From positions 64,001-128,000 of the forward strand of contig JBBRUX010000001.1 of the NCBI GenBank assembly GCA_038247415.1: a DNA stretch of 64,000 nt, written 5' to 3'. The stretch's first letter is position 1, and each line of letters begins with the position of its first letter. A program made the position numbers and the translations under genes. The notes under the pieces are model-generated. The model ran no database searches. It was not told the origin of the DNA and worked only from the letters and a program-made list of their open reading frames with translations. Positions 23,476 through 35,500 of this stretch are shown piece after piece. Source of the stretch: Chitinivibrionales bacterium (lineage in GTDB: Bacteria; Fibrobacterota; Chitinivibrionia; Chitinivibrionales; WJKA01).

Positions 23476-26050
23476 CAGTGAGAAAATCGTCCCGGTTTTT
23501 ATCGAAGATGAAATGCAGAAATCATACCTCGATTATTCGATGAGTATGATCACCTCGCGGGCACTTCCCGATGTACGCGATGGACTCAAACCTGTGCACC
23601 GTCGGGTGCTGTTTGGCATGAGCGAATTAAGCCTTGCTCATAATAAGCCGCCCAAGAAATGCGCACGTGTGGTTGGAGATGTCATCGGTAAATACCATCC
23701 ACATGGCGATGGACCTGTATACGACACACTCGTACGTATGGCACAAGATTTTTCTTTACGATATCGCATGGTGGATGGCCAAGGAAACTTTGGATCAATC
23801 GACGGTGATCCACCCGCTGCAATGCGATATACCGAGTGCCGCATGACATCCATAGCAGAAGAAATGCTCGCCGATCTCGAAAAAGAGACGGTTGACTTTA
23901 TCCCAAACTATGACGATTCCATGATGGAACCATCGGTGCTTCCTGCCCGAGTTCCTTCGCTTCTTATCAATGGCTCAACGGGTATTGCCGTGGGTATGGC
24001 AACAAATATACCTCCGCATAATTTAACAGAAATTATTAATGCAATAGTAGCGGTTATTCAAAACTCAGAAATCACCGCGGAAGAACTTTTTAAAATTGTC
24101 CCCGGCCCCGATTTTCCAACAGGTGGAATTATCTATGGACGAAGTGGAATATGGGATGCTTGTCGAACAGGAAGAGGTAAAGCAGTTGTGCGCGCTCGGG
24201 CTGAAATAGAAAAGCTACCCAACGATCGCGAGCAGATTGCCGTTACCGAAATTCCGTACATGGTTAACAAAACAAGCCTTCTAGAACGCATGGGAGAGCT
24301 TGTTCGCGAAAAAACCATCGAAGGAATTTCATTTATCCGAGACGAATCGGATCGCCGTGGAATGCGCATTGTCATTGGTGTCAAAAAAGACAATTTTGCC
24401 GAAGTGGTTCTTAATCAGTTGTATAAATTTACATCTATGCAATCGACATTTGGCATTACCAATCTTGCTCTCGTCAATAAACGGCCCAAACTTTTAAATC
24501 TTAAAGATATTATCCTTCACTTTTTGGAGCATCGTCATGTTGTTGTGGTGCGCAGGACTCAATTCGAGCTTCGCAAAGCACAGGAACGTGCACACATACT
24601 CGAAGGCCTTAAAATTGCCCTGGATAATATCGATGAAATAATTCAGCTTATTAAATCGTCACCCTCTGCCGATGAAGCTCTTATTAAGCTCCGTACGCGT
24701 TTTGGCCTTTCTGAAATTCAAGCCAAAGCAATTCTTGACATGCGCCTCCAGAGACTTACGGGCTTGGAACGCGACAAGCTTGAAGCCGAATATCAGGAAT
24801 TAATGAAAATCATCGAACGCCTTAATGCACTTTTAGCCGATCGCAGTTTGCGCATGGAAGTGATAACAGGCGAACTTGTTGACATTAGAGATCGCTTTGG
24901 TGACGAACGTCGAACCGAAATTGTGGATGCCGAAGGCGATGTTGACATCGAAGATATGATTGCCGACGAAGACGTAGTTATTACCATGAGCCATAGCGGA
25001 TATATCAAACGAACACCGGTGAACACCTATCGGTCACAAGGTCGTGGGGGTCGCGGCATAAAAGGCATGGATTCTAAAGATGATGATTTTGTTCAGAACC
25101 TTTTTATTGCATCTACTCACTCCTACATTCTCTTTTTTACATCCATTGGCAGATGTTATTGGTTGAAAGTGTATCGAATTCCCGAGGCTGGACGTAACGG
25201 TCGGGGAAAAGCTATTATCAATTTGCTTCAACTTAAGCCGGACGAAAAAATAGCTGCCTTTGTTCCTGTGAAAGAATTTAACGATACTTCCTTTATTATA
25301 ACAGCTACTCGCATGGGTGTTATAAACAAGCAACCGCTTAAGGCATATTCAAATATTCGACGGGATGGTGTCAATGCCTTTAATCTGGACGAAGGCGATG
25401 CAGTTATCGAATGCAAACTAACATCCGCTAATGATGATATTATTCTTGCAACGCGTGATGGTCAAGCAGTTCGTTTCCACGAAAGTGCGACACGAGAACT
25501 AGGCCGCAACACGCGCGGTATGAAGGGCATTACCCTTAAAGGCGCAGATATTGTTGTTGGTATGATAGTAGTCCAAGAAGATGGCAACGTTCTCACCGTC
25601 ACCGAAAATGGCTATGGTAAAATCACCCCCGTTGCCGATTACCGCAGAACAAACCGCGGCGGGCTTGGCATTATCAATATTAAATGCTCCGAACGCAATG
25701 GTGCGGTTGTTGCAGTGCGCGAAGTTCGGCCAGAATGCGATGTTATGATCATTACACGTAATGGCATTATCATCCGCAGCGATGTAAGCAGAATATCGGT
25801 TGTGGGAAGAAATACGCAGGGAGTTAAGCTTATTAGCCTTGACGAAACCGATAAGGTTATCGACTGTGCGCTCTGCGACAAAGATGACTCTAAACCCGAT
25901 GAAGAAGAAGGCATAGGTGCTGCCGAACTCCCTGATACCTCAAGCGCAAGTAGTGCAGATATTGTAGAGGGCGCAGAGGTAACCGATGATTCAAGTCAGA
26001 AGGAACAAGAAGGTGCAGAATCTTCTGAGGCTTCCACCGAAGAAGAGTAA
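23468..26050 (+). CDS. gyrA: DNA gyrase subunit A
   Basis: RALPDVRDGLKPVHRR, YHPHGD, AAMRY, GyrA-box QGRGGRG, acidic tail; AGGAG RBS favours ATG 23468. Confidence 0.98.
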
Positions 26051-26069
26051 TTTCCTAAGTAGCACTCAT

Positions 26070-26109
26070 AAAAAAGTCCCGTGCATTCTCTCGAATGCAC
26101 GGGACTTTT
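26070..26109. terminator. Bidirectional intrinsic terminator
   Basis: aaaagtcccgtgcattc...gaatgcacgggactttt between convergent genes. Confidence 0.88.
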
Positions 26110-26124
26110 CTTTTATTTCGAATT

Positions 26125-28650
26125 CTAATTCTTAGCTTGATTAATAGTAATTACCAGCGTAGCCACGATAGCAAGAACCGATGCAATTTTGAATACAGCT
26201 TCAACCGAATCCATAAATGTTTTAAAATTATTCTTGAATTGAATTCGTTGAGGAACAACAAGAACGTCCCCGGGATTAAGCCTGGTTCCCAACACGCGCA
26301 CATTATGATTGGTAATTATTCCACCATTCGCTCTAAAAATGTAAATGTTTTTCTTATCGGCAGTTGTCGTTACGCCCCCTGTTAAATCTAGAAAATGTTG
26401 AGCATCGCAATTGTCGGGTTCGTACTTAAAGGTAGAGGGATTATATACTTCTCCAATTACAGAAACCGTTCCGGCCAGTTTGGGAACATACAACACATCC
26501 CCTTCTTCTAAATTAAGATTTTGAAAACTTTGAGGATTCGTGAGGTCGATGACTATCCGTCCGGTTGGCGCTGTTGTTTTGAGCTTTTCAAGCATCATCT
26601 GCTGCTGCTCTAAAAGCTGTTGAGCATCGCCAACTTGTTGATTTTTAGCAGCCATTTCGGTTGTCATACGTACTGCATCGAGCTGCAATTTTGAAACGTA
26701 TTCGTCAACACGCTTAATCTCAAGTTCCTGTACCGAGGGCCGGGTAAGGATTGCTGCTGGCAAATAGGCATCGTCCGCAAATCCACCGCCTCGTTTTATA
26801 AGATCTCCTAAATTTTCGCCTTCTAAGATTACATAGGTACCAGGATACGTAAAAGCACCTTTGAGGACAATTTTTTTCTGCTCTTGCCAACCTTTTTTAG
26901 AGCGGATAAAAACATTATCCATTTTCTTGAGCTCCAGATTATCCTTCTCGCTATTAGCGATGGCACATTGAACGCAAAAATCTATTTTTTCGGTAATAAC
27001 TTTTTCGCCTTGAAAGTTACGACGATACAATTCCCCTCTTTCGGGGCTTGCATCATCACGCAATCCTCCGGCGCTAATGATAAGATCTCGCACAGTCATA
27101 TTCTCAAGCAACGGCCATTGACCAGGACTATTAATGGCCCCATCGATAGTTACGCGCCTATCGGGCTCGAAAAAATCTCTATTATATATAATGACTTCAT
27201 CCTGAGGGATTAAAGCAAAGTTATCGGTGGAAGCCTTATTGTCAAGAGCAAGGCGCAAATTAAAGGGAATAATCGACTCGCGAAAATCGGGCGCCAATTG
27301 ACGACGGATAGTTGCATACCCAAAGTAGGTTTCTGACTGTAATCCTTCGTAACCTCCCACGATGTCAAAAATCTTCATTCCTTCTTTGAATTCGTATTTC
27401 CCTGGTCTCACTACATTTCCTGTTAAATAAACAGCATTCTTATCTTTGATCAGTACCGGAAAAATCTTGACTATATCGGCATCAAAAACTGGCGTCTCGG
27501 GAAGATCTTTCGCCGACTCAAGATTCAAATCGAGCACCATTTGATACTGATTTTCGGCAAACCGTTCAATCTGAATTCTATTCACCCATCCCGCTGCAGT
27601 AATCCCCCCTGCCAAGCCAATAAGTTCTTTGAGTGTTGTTTTTGGCTTAAGCTCATAGAGCGCACTTCTACGCACACCACCTGCGATAGCCGCCATATTT
27701 TTAATAACCCCCACCGAAATAACATCACCCGATTTTAGCCGGATATCGCTGAAGTTATTGCCATTCATAAGGAAATCATAAAAGTCGACATTGGCCAGTA
27801 CTGCGCCATTTCTCTTGACAACAATAGTACGAAGCGATCCATTAATGGTAGGTCCGCCTGCAGCAAACAGAGCATTAGTAACATTGGTGAGTGCCCCAAC
27901 CGTATAAAGCCCGGGCGATTTAACTTCGCCAACAACATAAATCTGCATAGAACGCAGGTCTCCCATAGTAACGGATGCCTGCACACCTTCGATAGCCTGG
28001 ACACGATCGAGAATTGTCTTTTGCATTGCACTAAAGGGGAGACCAGAAACAGGAATGAGCCCTAAATGAGGGATATTAATTTTTCCGTCGCGGTCAACCT
28101 TAACCCGATATTCTTCATTCATGCGACCCCAGAGCGTAACAATAATTTCATCGCTCACCGATACCACATACGCCGTAGGAACAGAAACATCATTTGAGGG
28201 AGAAAACGTTGACGGTGCAAGCTTTTCAAAGACATCGTAGCCAAACACTTTGATTGTTTTAAGAATGCTATCTGGGTTTACAATATCACCGCGAATAATA
28301 CTTTGATACGTAGACAGTGTTTGAGATGAGGGCGCTTTAGTCGAATCTTTCATCTCCAGCATTTTCTTGTCTAGTGAATCTGATTCGGCTATTGTTTTGC
28401 GGCTGACTAGAGCCGATGATGACTTGTTTTGATTTGCAGAACCAGAACGCGCAGCATAATCGGAGTAGGCCTTTGCCATTGCTGGATCGGAGGACCCTTG
28501 ATTGTGCTGAGCAAGATAGCGCTTCACCATCTCATTAGAAGGTGCTGTTTGCGCACGGGATGCGCTACTACTCGCAACAATAAGCACGCCTGCAAAAAGC
28601 ACTGTTTTAATGTACCGCTGTTGTGATCTTACCTGTTCGAATACGCTCAT
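26125..28650 (-). CDS. Polysaccharide export protein with multiple SLBB domains (Wza/KpsD-like)
   Basis: FGYDVF, poly-export domain (VDRDGKINIP), repeated V.GEV..PG.Y / ..AGG SLBB units, signal peptide. Confidence 0.88.
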   Translation of the reverse strand: MSVFEQVRSQQRYIKTVLFAGVLIVASSSASRAQTAPSNEMVKRYLAQHNQGSSDPAMAKAYSDYAARSGSANQNKSSSALVSRKTIAESDSLDKKMLEMKDSTKAPSSQTLSTYQSIIRGDIVNPDSILKTIKVFGYDVFEKLAPSTFSPSNDVSVPTAYVVSVSDEIIVTLWGRMNEEYRVKVDRDGKINIPHLGLIPVSGLPFSAMQKTILDRVQAIEGVQASVTMGDLRSMQIYVVGEVKSPGLYTVGALTNVTNALFAAGGPTINGSLRTIVVKRNGAVLANVDFYDFLMNGNNFSDIRLKSGDVISVGVIKNMAAIAGGVRRSALYELKPKTTLKELIGLAGGITAAGWVNRIQIERFAENQYQMVLDLNLESAKDLPETPVFDADIVKIFPVLIKDKNAVYLTGNVVRPGKYEFKEGMKIFDIVGGYEGLQSETYFGYATIRRQLAPDFRESIIPFNLRLALDNKASTDNFALIPQDEVIIYNRDFFEPDRRVTIDGAINSPGQWPLLENMTVRDLIISAGGLRDDASPERGELYRRNFQGEKVITEKIDFCVQCAIANSEKDNLELKKMDNVFIRSKKGWQEQKKIVLKGAFTYPGTYVILEGENLGDLIKRGGGFADDAYLPAAILTRPSVQELEIKRVDEYVSKLQLDAVRMTTEMAAKNQQVGDAQQLLEQQQMMLEKLKTTAPTGRIVIDLTNPQSFQNLNLEEGDVLYVPKLAGTVSVIGEVYNPSTFKYEPDNCDAQHFLDLTGGVTTTADKKNIYIFRANGGIITNHNVRVLGTRLNPGDVLVVPQRIQFKNNFKTFMDSVEAVFKIASVLAIVATLVITINQAKN

Positions 28651-29348
28651 GATACCCCAATCCCCCATGCTTTTGGTTTAGCCAATCGTTCACTTCCGCA
28701 AACAAGACGACCTTTGTCCATAACAAGATGACGATAATGATGTTGACGAACAATAGAAAGATCATGCGTAGACATGATTACTGTTGTTCCCCAGCTATTA
28801 ATAGTTTTTAAAAGTGACAAAATCTCCTGCGACAAAGCGCTATCGAGATTTCCTGTGGGTTCATCGGCCATAACCACCCACGGGTCGTTGACAATAGAGC
28901 GTGCTATGCAAACACGTTGCTGCTCCCCGCCAGAAAGCTGCGCCGGGTAATACGATCGTTTATGCGACAAGCCCGTTTGAGCCAGAACCTCAAAAACCTT
29001 ACGCTTCACAACGCGATCGTGTTCCCCCGTAACTCGCAGAGGAAATGCAACATTTTCAAAGACATCTCGATCGGAAAGAAGCTTGAAATCCTGAAACACA
29101 ATGCCAAGTTTTCGCCGCAAAAAAGGAATATGCCGTGGCCGCACATAGCGAGATTCGGTTCCACAGGCAACAACCTGCCCGCTTGTTGGCTTTTCTTCCA
29201 TGTAAATATGTTTAAGTAAGGTAGTTTTTCCGGCGCCACTAGCTCCCGTTAAAAAAACAAACTCGCCTTTGTCAATAAAAAAAGAGACATCGTCAAGTGC
29301 TGTAAATTTTCCATCGTAGATTTTACTGACGTGCGAAAATTGAATCAT
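28647..29348 (-). CDS. ftsE: Cell division ATP-binding protein FtsE
   Basis: GEFVFLTGASGAGKTT, IPFLRRKLGIVFQDFKLL, LSGGEQQR, ADEPTGNLD. Confidence 0.88.
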   Translation of the reverse strand: MIQFSHVSKIYDGKFTALDDVSFFIDKGEFVFLTGASGAGKTTLLKHIYMEEKPTSGQVVACGTESRYVRPRHIPFLRRKLGIVFQDFKLLSDRDVFENVAFPLRVTGEHDRVVKRKVFEVLAQTGLSHKRSYYPAQLSGGEQQRVCIARSIVNDPWVVMADEPTGNLDSALSQEILSLLKTINSWGTTVIMSTHDLSIVRQHHYRHLVMDKGRLVCGSERLAKPKAWGIGVS

Positions 29349-30139
29349 GGCTTATTTTTTTTCCGCACAACAAAATGAACACGCTCGGAATTACTATTAC
29401 ATGGCTTCATGGTATATCCATCAAACACACCCAAAACCTCAAACAGCGCAGGATCCAGAGTCGACTCTATATGCCGAATGTCAAAAACATGCTGGATGTG
29501 ATGTTCATCGAAACGCTCATAGGTATTGGTATTTTCTATTTTCTTGAATATAGAAAATTCGTTGTGTTGTGTTGCATCAGGTTTTCTAAAATAGCTATGG
29601 CGTATATAATAAAAATCGCCGTAATCTTCGTAATCGAGAAAATCGTCGAAATTTTTTTGAGAATTTACCGCAGTCGTAACATCGAATATAAAAACAGCCC
29701 CGGGTTTTAATATCGCATATATTTTGGCAAACATCCGTTGGTATTCATCGAGCGATTGCAAATAATTTATGCCATCATACAAAAACAAGATTACGTCAAA
29801 CTCACCGATAAACGCTGGATTTAGAGCATCGACACACACGATGGGAACACCACGAGACTTGGCCACCTGACACATTGACAAAGACAAGTCTGAACCAAGA
29901 TACCGATACTGCTTAGCAACTAAATGGGAACCAAGTAGACCCGTGCCGCATCCAAGTTCCAAAATACGTGGGTCACGACAAGCGCCAAATCGGCGATTGA
30001 TATTTTCGATATGCGCCGACCAACCAGCATAATCTACATGCCGCATTATACGATCATAGATACATGCTAATGATTGATATTCACAACCATTGCTTGATTG
30101 TTTGCATGCCAAACGCTCTGACATAGGACGAACAGCCAT
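29345..30139 (-). CDS. Class I SAM-dependent methyltransferase
   Basis: YDRIM..VDY..W, LELGCGTG, DLS..M, DGINYL. Confidence 0.88.
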   Translation of the reverse strand: MAVRPMSERLACKQSSNGCEYQSLACIYDRIMRHVDYAGWSAHIENINRRFGACRDPRILELGCGTGLLGSHLVAKQYRYLGSDLSLSMCQVAKSRGVPIVCVDALNPAFIGEFDVILFLYDGINYLQSLDEYQRMFAKIYAILKPGAVFIFDVTTAVNSQKNFDDFLDYEDYGDFYYIRHSYFRKPDATQHNEFSIFKKIENTNTYERFDEHHIQHVFDIRHIESTLDPALFEVLGVFDGYTMKPCNSNSERVHFVVRKKNKP

Positions 30140-30160
30140 GATTTTCCTGACAGAGAAACA

Positions 30161-31462
30161 TTAAAGCCGAATGTCTACGTATACTTCGGCACGCCATTTT
30201 GTAACAAGCGACTGAAGCTTTTTCTGAGTTGCTATATCTTTGGCTTTTTCTGCGAGTTTGTCGTAATCATCGATAAGAGTAAACGGCCGATCTTCGTTAC
30301 GATCGTTAATTCGAAAAACGGCAAAGGTAGTATTTTCTGCTGCAATAGGAGTGATCCCGCCAATCGAAAGCGTATCAACCATCTGCTGCAATGCTTCGGG
30401 AAGTGCAAACAAGGAAATCCACCCCAAATCTCCCTTAGTTGCCTTAAGTGCATTGTCTGTTGATAAAAGGGCTACTGCTTTTTCAAAGTCTGCCGCTGTT
30501 TTTGCGCTTACGCGAACCGAGTCGAGTCGAGCCTGCACTACTGCTAACGATTGTGCAGAAGGTGCTACTGCACAATATACCTGTCGCACATGAACTTTGT
30601 CCCCTTTTTTCTCTTCGACGGTAATAAAATGAAATCCCATGCGCGTCTCAAACACGTCGCTTACCGTTCCCACCTCAAGGGCAAATGCCTTTTGCTCAAA
30701 TGTTAATTCTCCCAGTGTTCCCTTACCCACAAACCCTAGATCCCCACCTTCTGCTGCATTGGGGTCTTCGGAATAGTGCTTTGCAAGATCGATAAACTTT
30801 TCCCCTTTGTCGATCCGCTGGCGAATCGCCGCAATTTTCTGATACGCTGCTTCCCGTGTGGCTTGCGTTGGCGAAACCGTAATTTGTAGCTTCCCCAGGC
30901 GCACACTTTTACCAGCTTTAGGCAGGCTATCTTTATAGGTTGTATAAAACAATTCAACTTCCTTGCGCGATATCGACCCGAGCATCGCATATTTTTGCAT
31001 CATTTTTTGTTTCAGCAGCTGTTCACGAAGCCCTTTGCGCATCTGCGACTTAAAAAGCGCAAGTGTCATACCTGGTTGATTTTTGGCAATTTCTTCTGAA
31101 AGCTGTTCGAGTGTCAAATTGTTTTCTTTTAAGATACCAGACATCTGACGGCTCACGGCATCTTCGACATCGGCATTAGACACCGAAATAGTAGTGTCTT
31201 TTTCTGCTTTAACAATAAGAACTTTTCCATCGATGAGTTCATTGAGAAATACTTTACGTAATGAGTCTAATTTGGAGGAATCGGGTGCAGTTTCCATTTT
31301 TCCCAGACGCATAGTTGTGTAGGCATCGAGCTCAGAAGATACTATTGCCGAATCACCTACAACGGCGATAACCCCTTCTAATCGCGTAAGCGCACTTACA
31401 GATGATATGCCCCCTGCCAATAAACACAACACTAATACAAAAGCCTTTCGACGATGCAGCAT
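30161..31462 (-). CDS. surA: SurA-like periplasmic parvulin PPIase/chaperone
   Basis: Signal peptide, SurA-N (IAVVG), two parvulin domains (YSEDP..GGDLGF; STD...GDLGW). Confidence 0.8.
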   Translation of the reverse strand: MLHRRKAFVLVLCLLAGGISSVSALTRLEGVIAVVGDSAIVSSELDAYTTMRLGKMETAPDSSKLDSLRKVFLNELIDGKVLIVKAEKDTTISVSNADVEDAVSRQMSGILKENNLTLEQLSEEIAKNQPGMTLALFKSQMRKGLREQLLKQKMMQKYAMLGSISRKEVELFYTTYKDSLPKAGKSVRLGKLQITVSPTQATREAAYQKIAAIRQRIDKGEKFIDLAKHYSEDPNAAEGGDLGFVGKGTLGELTFEQKAFALEVGTVSDVFETRMGFHFITVEEKKGDKVHVRQVYCAVAPSAQSLAVVQARLDSVRVSAKTAADFEKAVALLSTDNALKATKGDLGWISLFALPEALQQMVDTLSIGGITPIAAENTTFAVFRINDRNEDRPFTLIDDYDKLAEKAKDIATQKKLQSLVTKWRAEVYVDIRL

Positions 31463-31494
31463 AAGACCCTTTCGCTCTCTATTTCATACTTTCA

Positions 31495-32409
31495 TTATTC
31501 GGATGAAACCGTGTCGGTGTGTACCGCATGTAAAGATGATGAATCAACAACGGCAGGGATTGAAACTGGTTGCGTTTGTCCCGTAATCCCAGAAAAATCA
31601 AACTCAACGTTAACTTTCATACGTAAATCTGCCAACAGTGCTTCCATACTTGATGTCTGATCTTGGGTTGAAAGCTGGCCTTTAATTTCCACCTCACATT
31701 CTGCAAATGATTTAACGCTTCCTTTTTTCGGCTTATCAAGAATGCGAAAAATGGAAACTCCCTCGGCAGTTTGTATAGGACTTGTGGTGCCATCAACTCT
31801 AATCTGACTGACGACTATTCTAATTTCTTCGGGAAGATCATCGAGTGCTACATACTGAGCTTTGTCGGGCTCACATGCAGGCTTTTTGGAATACTTCGTT
31901 GCAAGGGCATAAAAATTGTCGAGTGTAACTTGGTTACGAACAATCCAGGCTGTTTTCATATCTGCAACAGTAATCTCGCAAAAACGAATCATGTCTCGAT
32001 CACGCGTAAATTGTTCTTTATTGTTTGTATAGTACTCTTTTATTTGATCGTCGGAAACAGTCGTGGTAACCGGGGTTATCGAACTGCGACTAATAATTTC
32101 TGCGCAAAAAAGATCTTCCCGCATTTTTTCGAGGCGAGCTTGAATATTTTTATCTTTGTCGATCTTTTGCCGCAGCGCTTCTTGAAAAAGAATCTGGTTA
32201 TCGATCCACTGCTTGACAATAGTAATTTTGTGATCGCGCGTTGCGGATGCTACATAATCTTTGGGGAGGAGTTTTTCTAAATTTTCTAACGTGAGGACAG
32301 CACTACCCACGCGTGCAATGACCGGAGAGGTGGGATTTTTCTGACAGCCAATAAGATAAGAGACAAGAATTCCGATTGCAAGTATTGCGATATACTTTTT
32401 TGAATGCAC
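31495..32409 (-). CDS. Parvulin-like PPIase lipoprotein
   Basis: Lipobox LIGC, IARVG, QWID..ILFQEA, F..LA.KYS; GTG 32409 taken as start; sits between mfd and surA. Confidence 0.75.
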   Translation of the reverse strand: MHSKKYIAILAIGILVSYLIGCQKNPTSPVIARVGSAVLTLENLEKLLPKDYVASATRDHKITIVKQWIDNQILFQEALRQKIDKDKNIQARLEKMREDLFCAEIISRSSITPVTTTVSDDQIKEYYTNNKEQFTRDRDMIRFCEITVADMKTAWIVRNQVTLDNFYALATKYSKKPACEPDKAQYVALDDLPEEIRIVVSQIRVDGTTSPIQTAEGVSIFRILDKPKKGSVKSFAECEVEIKGQLSTQDQTSSMEALLADLRMKVNVEFDFSGITGQTQPVSIPAVVDSSSLHAVHTDTVSSE

Positions 32410-32522
32410 ACCACAGCCTTTCAAGAACTTGATTAAGCAAAAATATCCCACAACACTAGATAATAAAGATATATGATTTACCTGGCAAAGTCCATGTTAT
32501 ATCATGAGATACGAATCAAAAT

Positions 32523-35500
32523 CTAAGTAACAGGGTTTTTTGCATGCAATTCAGCAAGAATTTGTGCAACCTCGATAGTACGGTTAAAATGCTCTTTTTC
32601 TGCACAGGTGAATCGAATACCAAGCGGTATTTCATTAATCATTGAAAATGGTCGGTCGATGAGGCCCAATAACGAAGTGATGAGAGCTTGAACCCGATCT
32701 CCCTCAAGAGCGCTGCAAAGCGTGCACTCGCCCATAACAGAGAGGGAAACAGTACAAAATCCCGTGACAGCAGCCAGAACTTTTATCCGACAATGGAGCA
32801 AAAGTGATACAACCGCATGGGGAAGAGGCCCAAAGCGATCTATGAGCGAGCGTTCTATATCAACAAGATCCTGAAGTGATGCAGCCGTTGACAAATCCTG
32901 ATACACCCCAACGCGAACAGCTCCATCTGCTATATAGTCGGGAGGAAGAATAGCTTGCAGCGGAAGTTCGACTTTGACTTCTTGTGGTGGCTCAGCCACC
33001 TTTTCTCCCGAAATCTCCTTAACAGCCTCTGCTAAGAGCTTGCAATACAAATCAAATCCAACGGCCGCCACAAAACCGCTCTGATGAATTCCCAGTAAGT
33101 TTCCCGCACCACGAATCTCAAGATCTCGCATTGCAATTTGGAACCCCGAGCCCAATTCGGTAAACTGCTCGAGGGCGCGTAGTCGACGCAATGATTTTTC
33201 ATCGATACGATTAAATTCGGTTGTTAAAAAATACGCCTGCGCTTGTTCACTTGATCGTCCAACACGCCCCCGCAACTGATACAACTGCGAAAGACCCAAG
33301 GCATCTGCGCGATTGACAATAATAGTATTTACATTTGAAATATCAAGGCCGTTTTCTATAATAACAGTTGACACAAGAACATCGAAATTTCCTGCGATAA
33401 ACTGCGACATTACTGATTCAAGCTCATGTTCATGCATTTGACCATGCGCCGAAAAGACCCTGGCCCGCGGACACAATTGTTCGATCCGGTCGCGCAGCAA
33501 TTCGAGATTTTTAATGCGATTATGCACCACAAAAACTTGCCCCCCGCGGGAAAGCTCGTGATCGATTGCATTGCGGATAATTTCATCGGAATACTCTGCA
33601 ACCACGGTTTCGACGGGTAGCCTATTACGAGGGGGTGTTGTGATCATGGAGAGATCTCGGACCCCCATAAGCGACATATTAAGCGTTCGAGGAATAGGCG
33701 TTGCCGTCATGGAAAGGACATCTATTTTAGAGCGGAAATGTTTAAGTTTCTCTTTATGAGCAACGCCAAACTTTTGCTCTTCGTCAATAACCAACAATCC
33801 AATATTTTTAAATGCCACATCTGCAGATAGTATTCGATGTGTTCCTATCAGAATATTAAGAGTCCCTTCGGCAAGGGCCGCAAGCGCTTGTTTAACTTCA
33901 CGCGAACTTTGAAAACGAGACAGTACTCCCATGCGAACAGGGAAATTGCCCATGCGCGCCTTAAACGTTTCAAAATGTTGATTTGCGAGAATTGTTGTGG
34001 GGGCTAAGACAGCCACCTGGTAACCATCCATAACAGCTTTAAAGGCAGCGCGCATAGCCACTTCGGTTTTGCCAAATCCAACATCACCGCACACTAAGCG
34101 ATCCATGGGGCGCAAAGATTCCATATCTTTTTTAACATCTTTTATGGCGCTAAGCTGATCAACCGTTTCATCATAAATAAAGGAATCTTCGAACTCTTTT
34201 TGCCAAAAGGTATCTATAGAAAAGGCAATGCCTTTTTCGTGTTGACGCTTTGCATATAAATCGATAAGCTCTTGAGCCATTTCATGAAGCGATTCTTTGG
34301 TGCGAGCCTTAAGCTTTTCCCACGCGCCACTACCAAGCTTAGAGAGTGTGGGAGGAGTTCCTTCTTTGCCAATATATTTCTGTACCTTGTGAAAATCGTC
34401 TACCGGAACAAAAAGTTTTGCCGAATCGGCAAAGAAAAGAACCATGCAATCCTTGGCAATATCATTGGCGCAAACAGTTTCGATACCAACAAATCGCGCA
34501 ATCCCGTGATCTACATGTACCACAAAATCTCCTGGAGACACAGCGTCAAATGCTGCAAGCGGAACGCCTCCACTAACCCGTTTTTTTTGACGCACTGCCC
34601 TATGAGGTCTTTCAAAGATCTGACCTTCGGTATACACCACTTGTTTGTTAACCGTATCAACATAGCCCTGATGAATGTAACCAAGCGCCAGTGAAACAAA
34701 CGGGCACTCCTCGGATATCATTTCATAAAGTCGTTCTGCATTGCCAAGATTTTGTGCTACTATGGTAATCGCAGTTGCTTCCTGATGTCGTTTTTTAAGT
34801 TCCTCTACAAATAATTCGAGGTTGTGAGGTGTTGCGGGCTGGGGTAAAAAACCGCATTTGAATACATGCGGGGGTTGCACCTCGAGTGCAGTATCGATGT
34901 ATACGCATGGAAACAAAGCCATTTCATCGACAATTCGATTGGCCGTTACCATAAGGGATTGCGGTGGCGATACAAGGGGAAGAAAAAGCGGGGGCACTCT
35001 TTCACAATGCCGGATATAGTTCTCTTTTGTTTCACCTACCCGTGTTCCAAGGGGAATGACATCGTCCCATACAATGGTTGTTGTTGACGGAAGATATTCA
35101 AATAGTGTTGCATAAGGCACAGCAAACCAATGCAAAAACCATTCTGCCCCATCCAGATCCCCCACTGTTTTCCATTGATGAAGCAAACGCATGTAGCCTT
35201 CTGTTTCGCCAAGGTTTGCTGCTACCATGGCAGCAAGCGCCCGATCGTGGGCATCATCATCAAAACAAAATTCGTGCATGGGAAAGACTTCGAAGGTGGT
35301 ACACGCCGAGCGCGATTTTTGTGTAAACACATCAAACTCCCGCATCGACTCAATAGTATTCCCAAAAAATTCGATTCTGAGTGGGCCTTCGCTTAAGAGC
35401 GGATAGATATCGAATATTCCCCCACGAATTGCAAATGTCCCGACATCTGAAACGGCACTTTCTTTTCTAAATCCTATTTCGGTAAGCCAGGCGGCCAACG

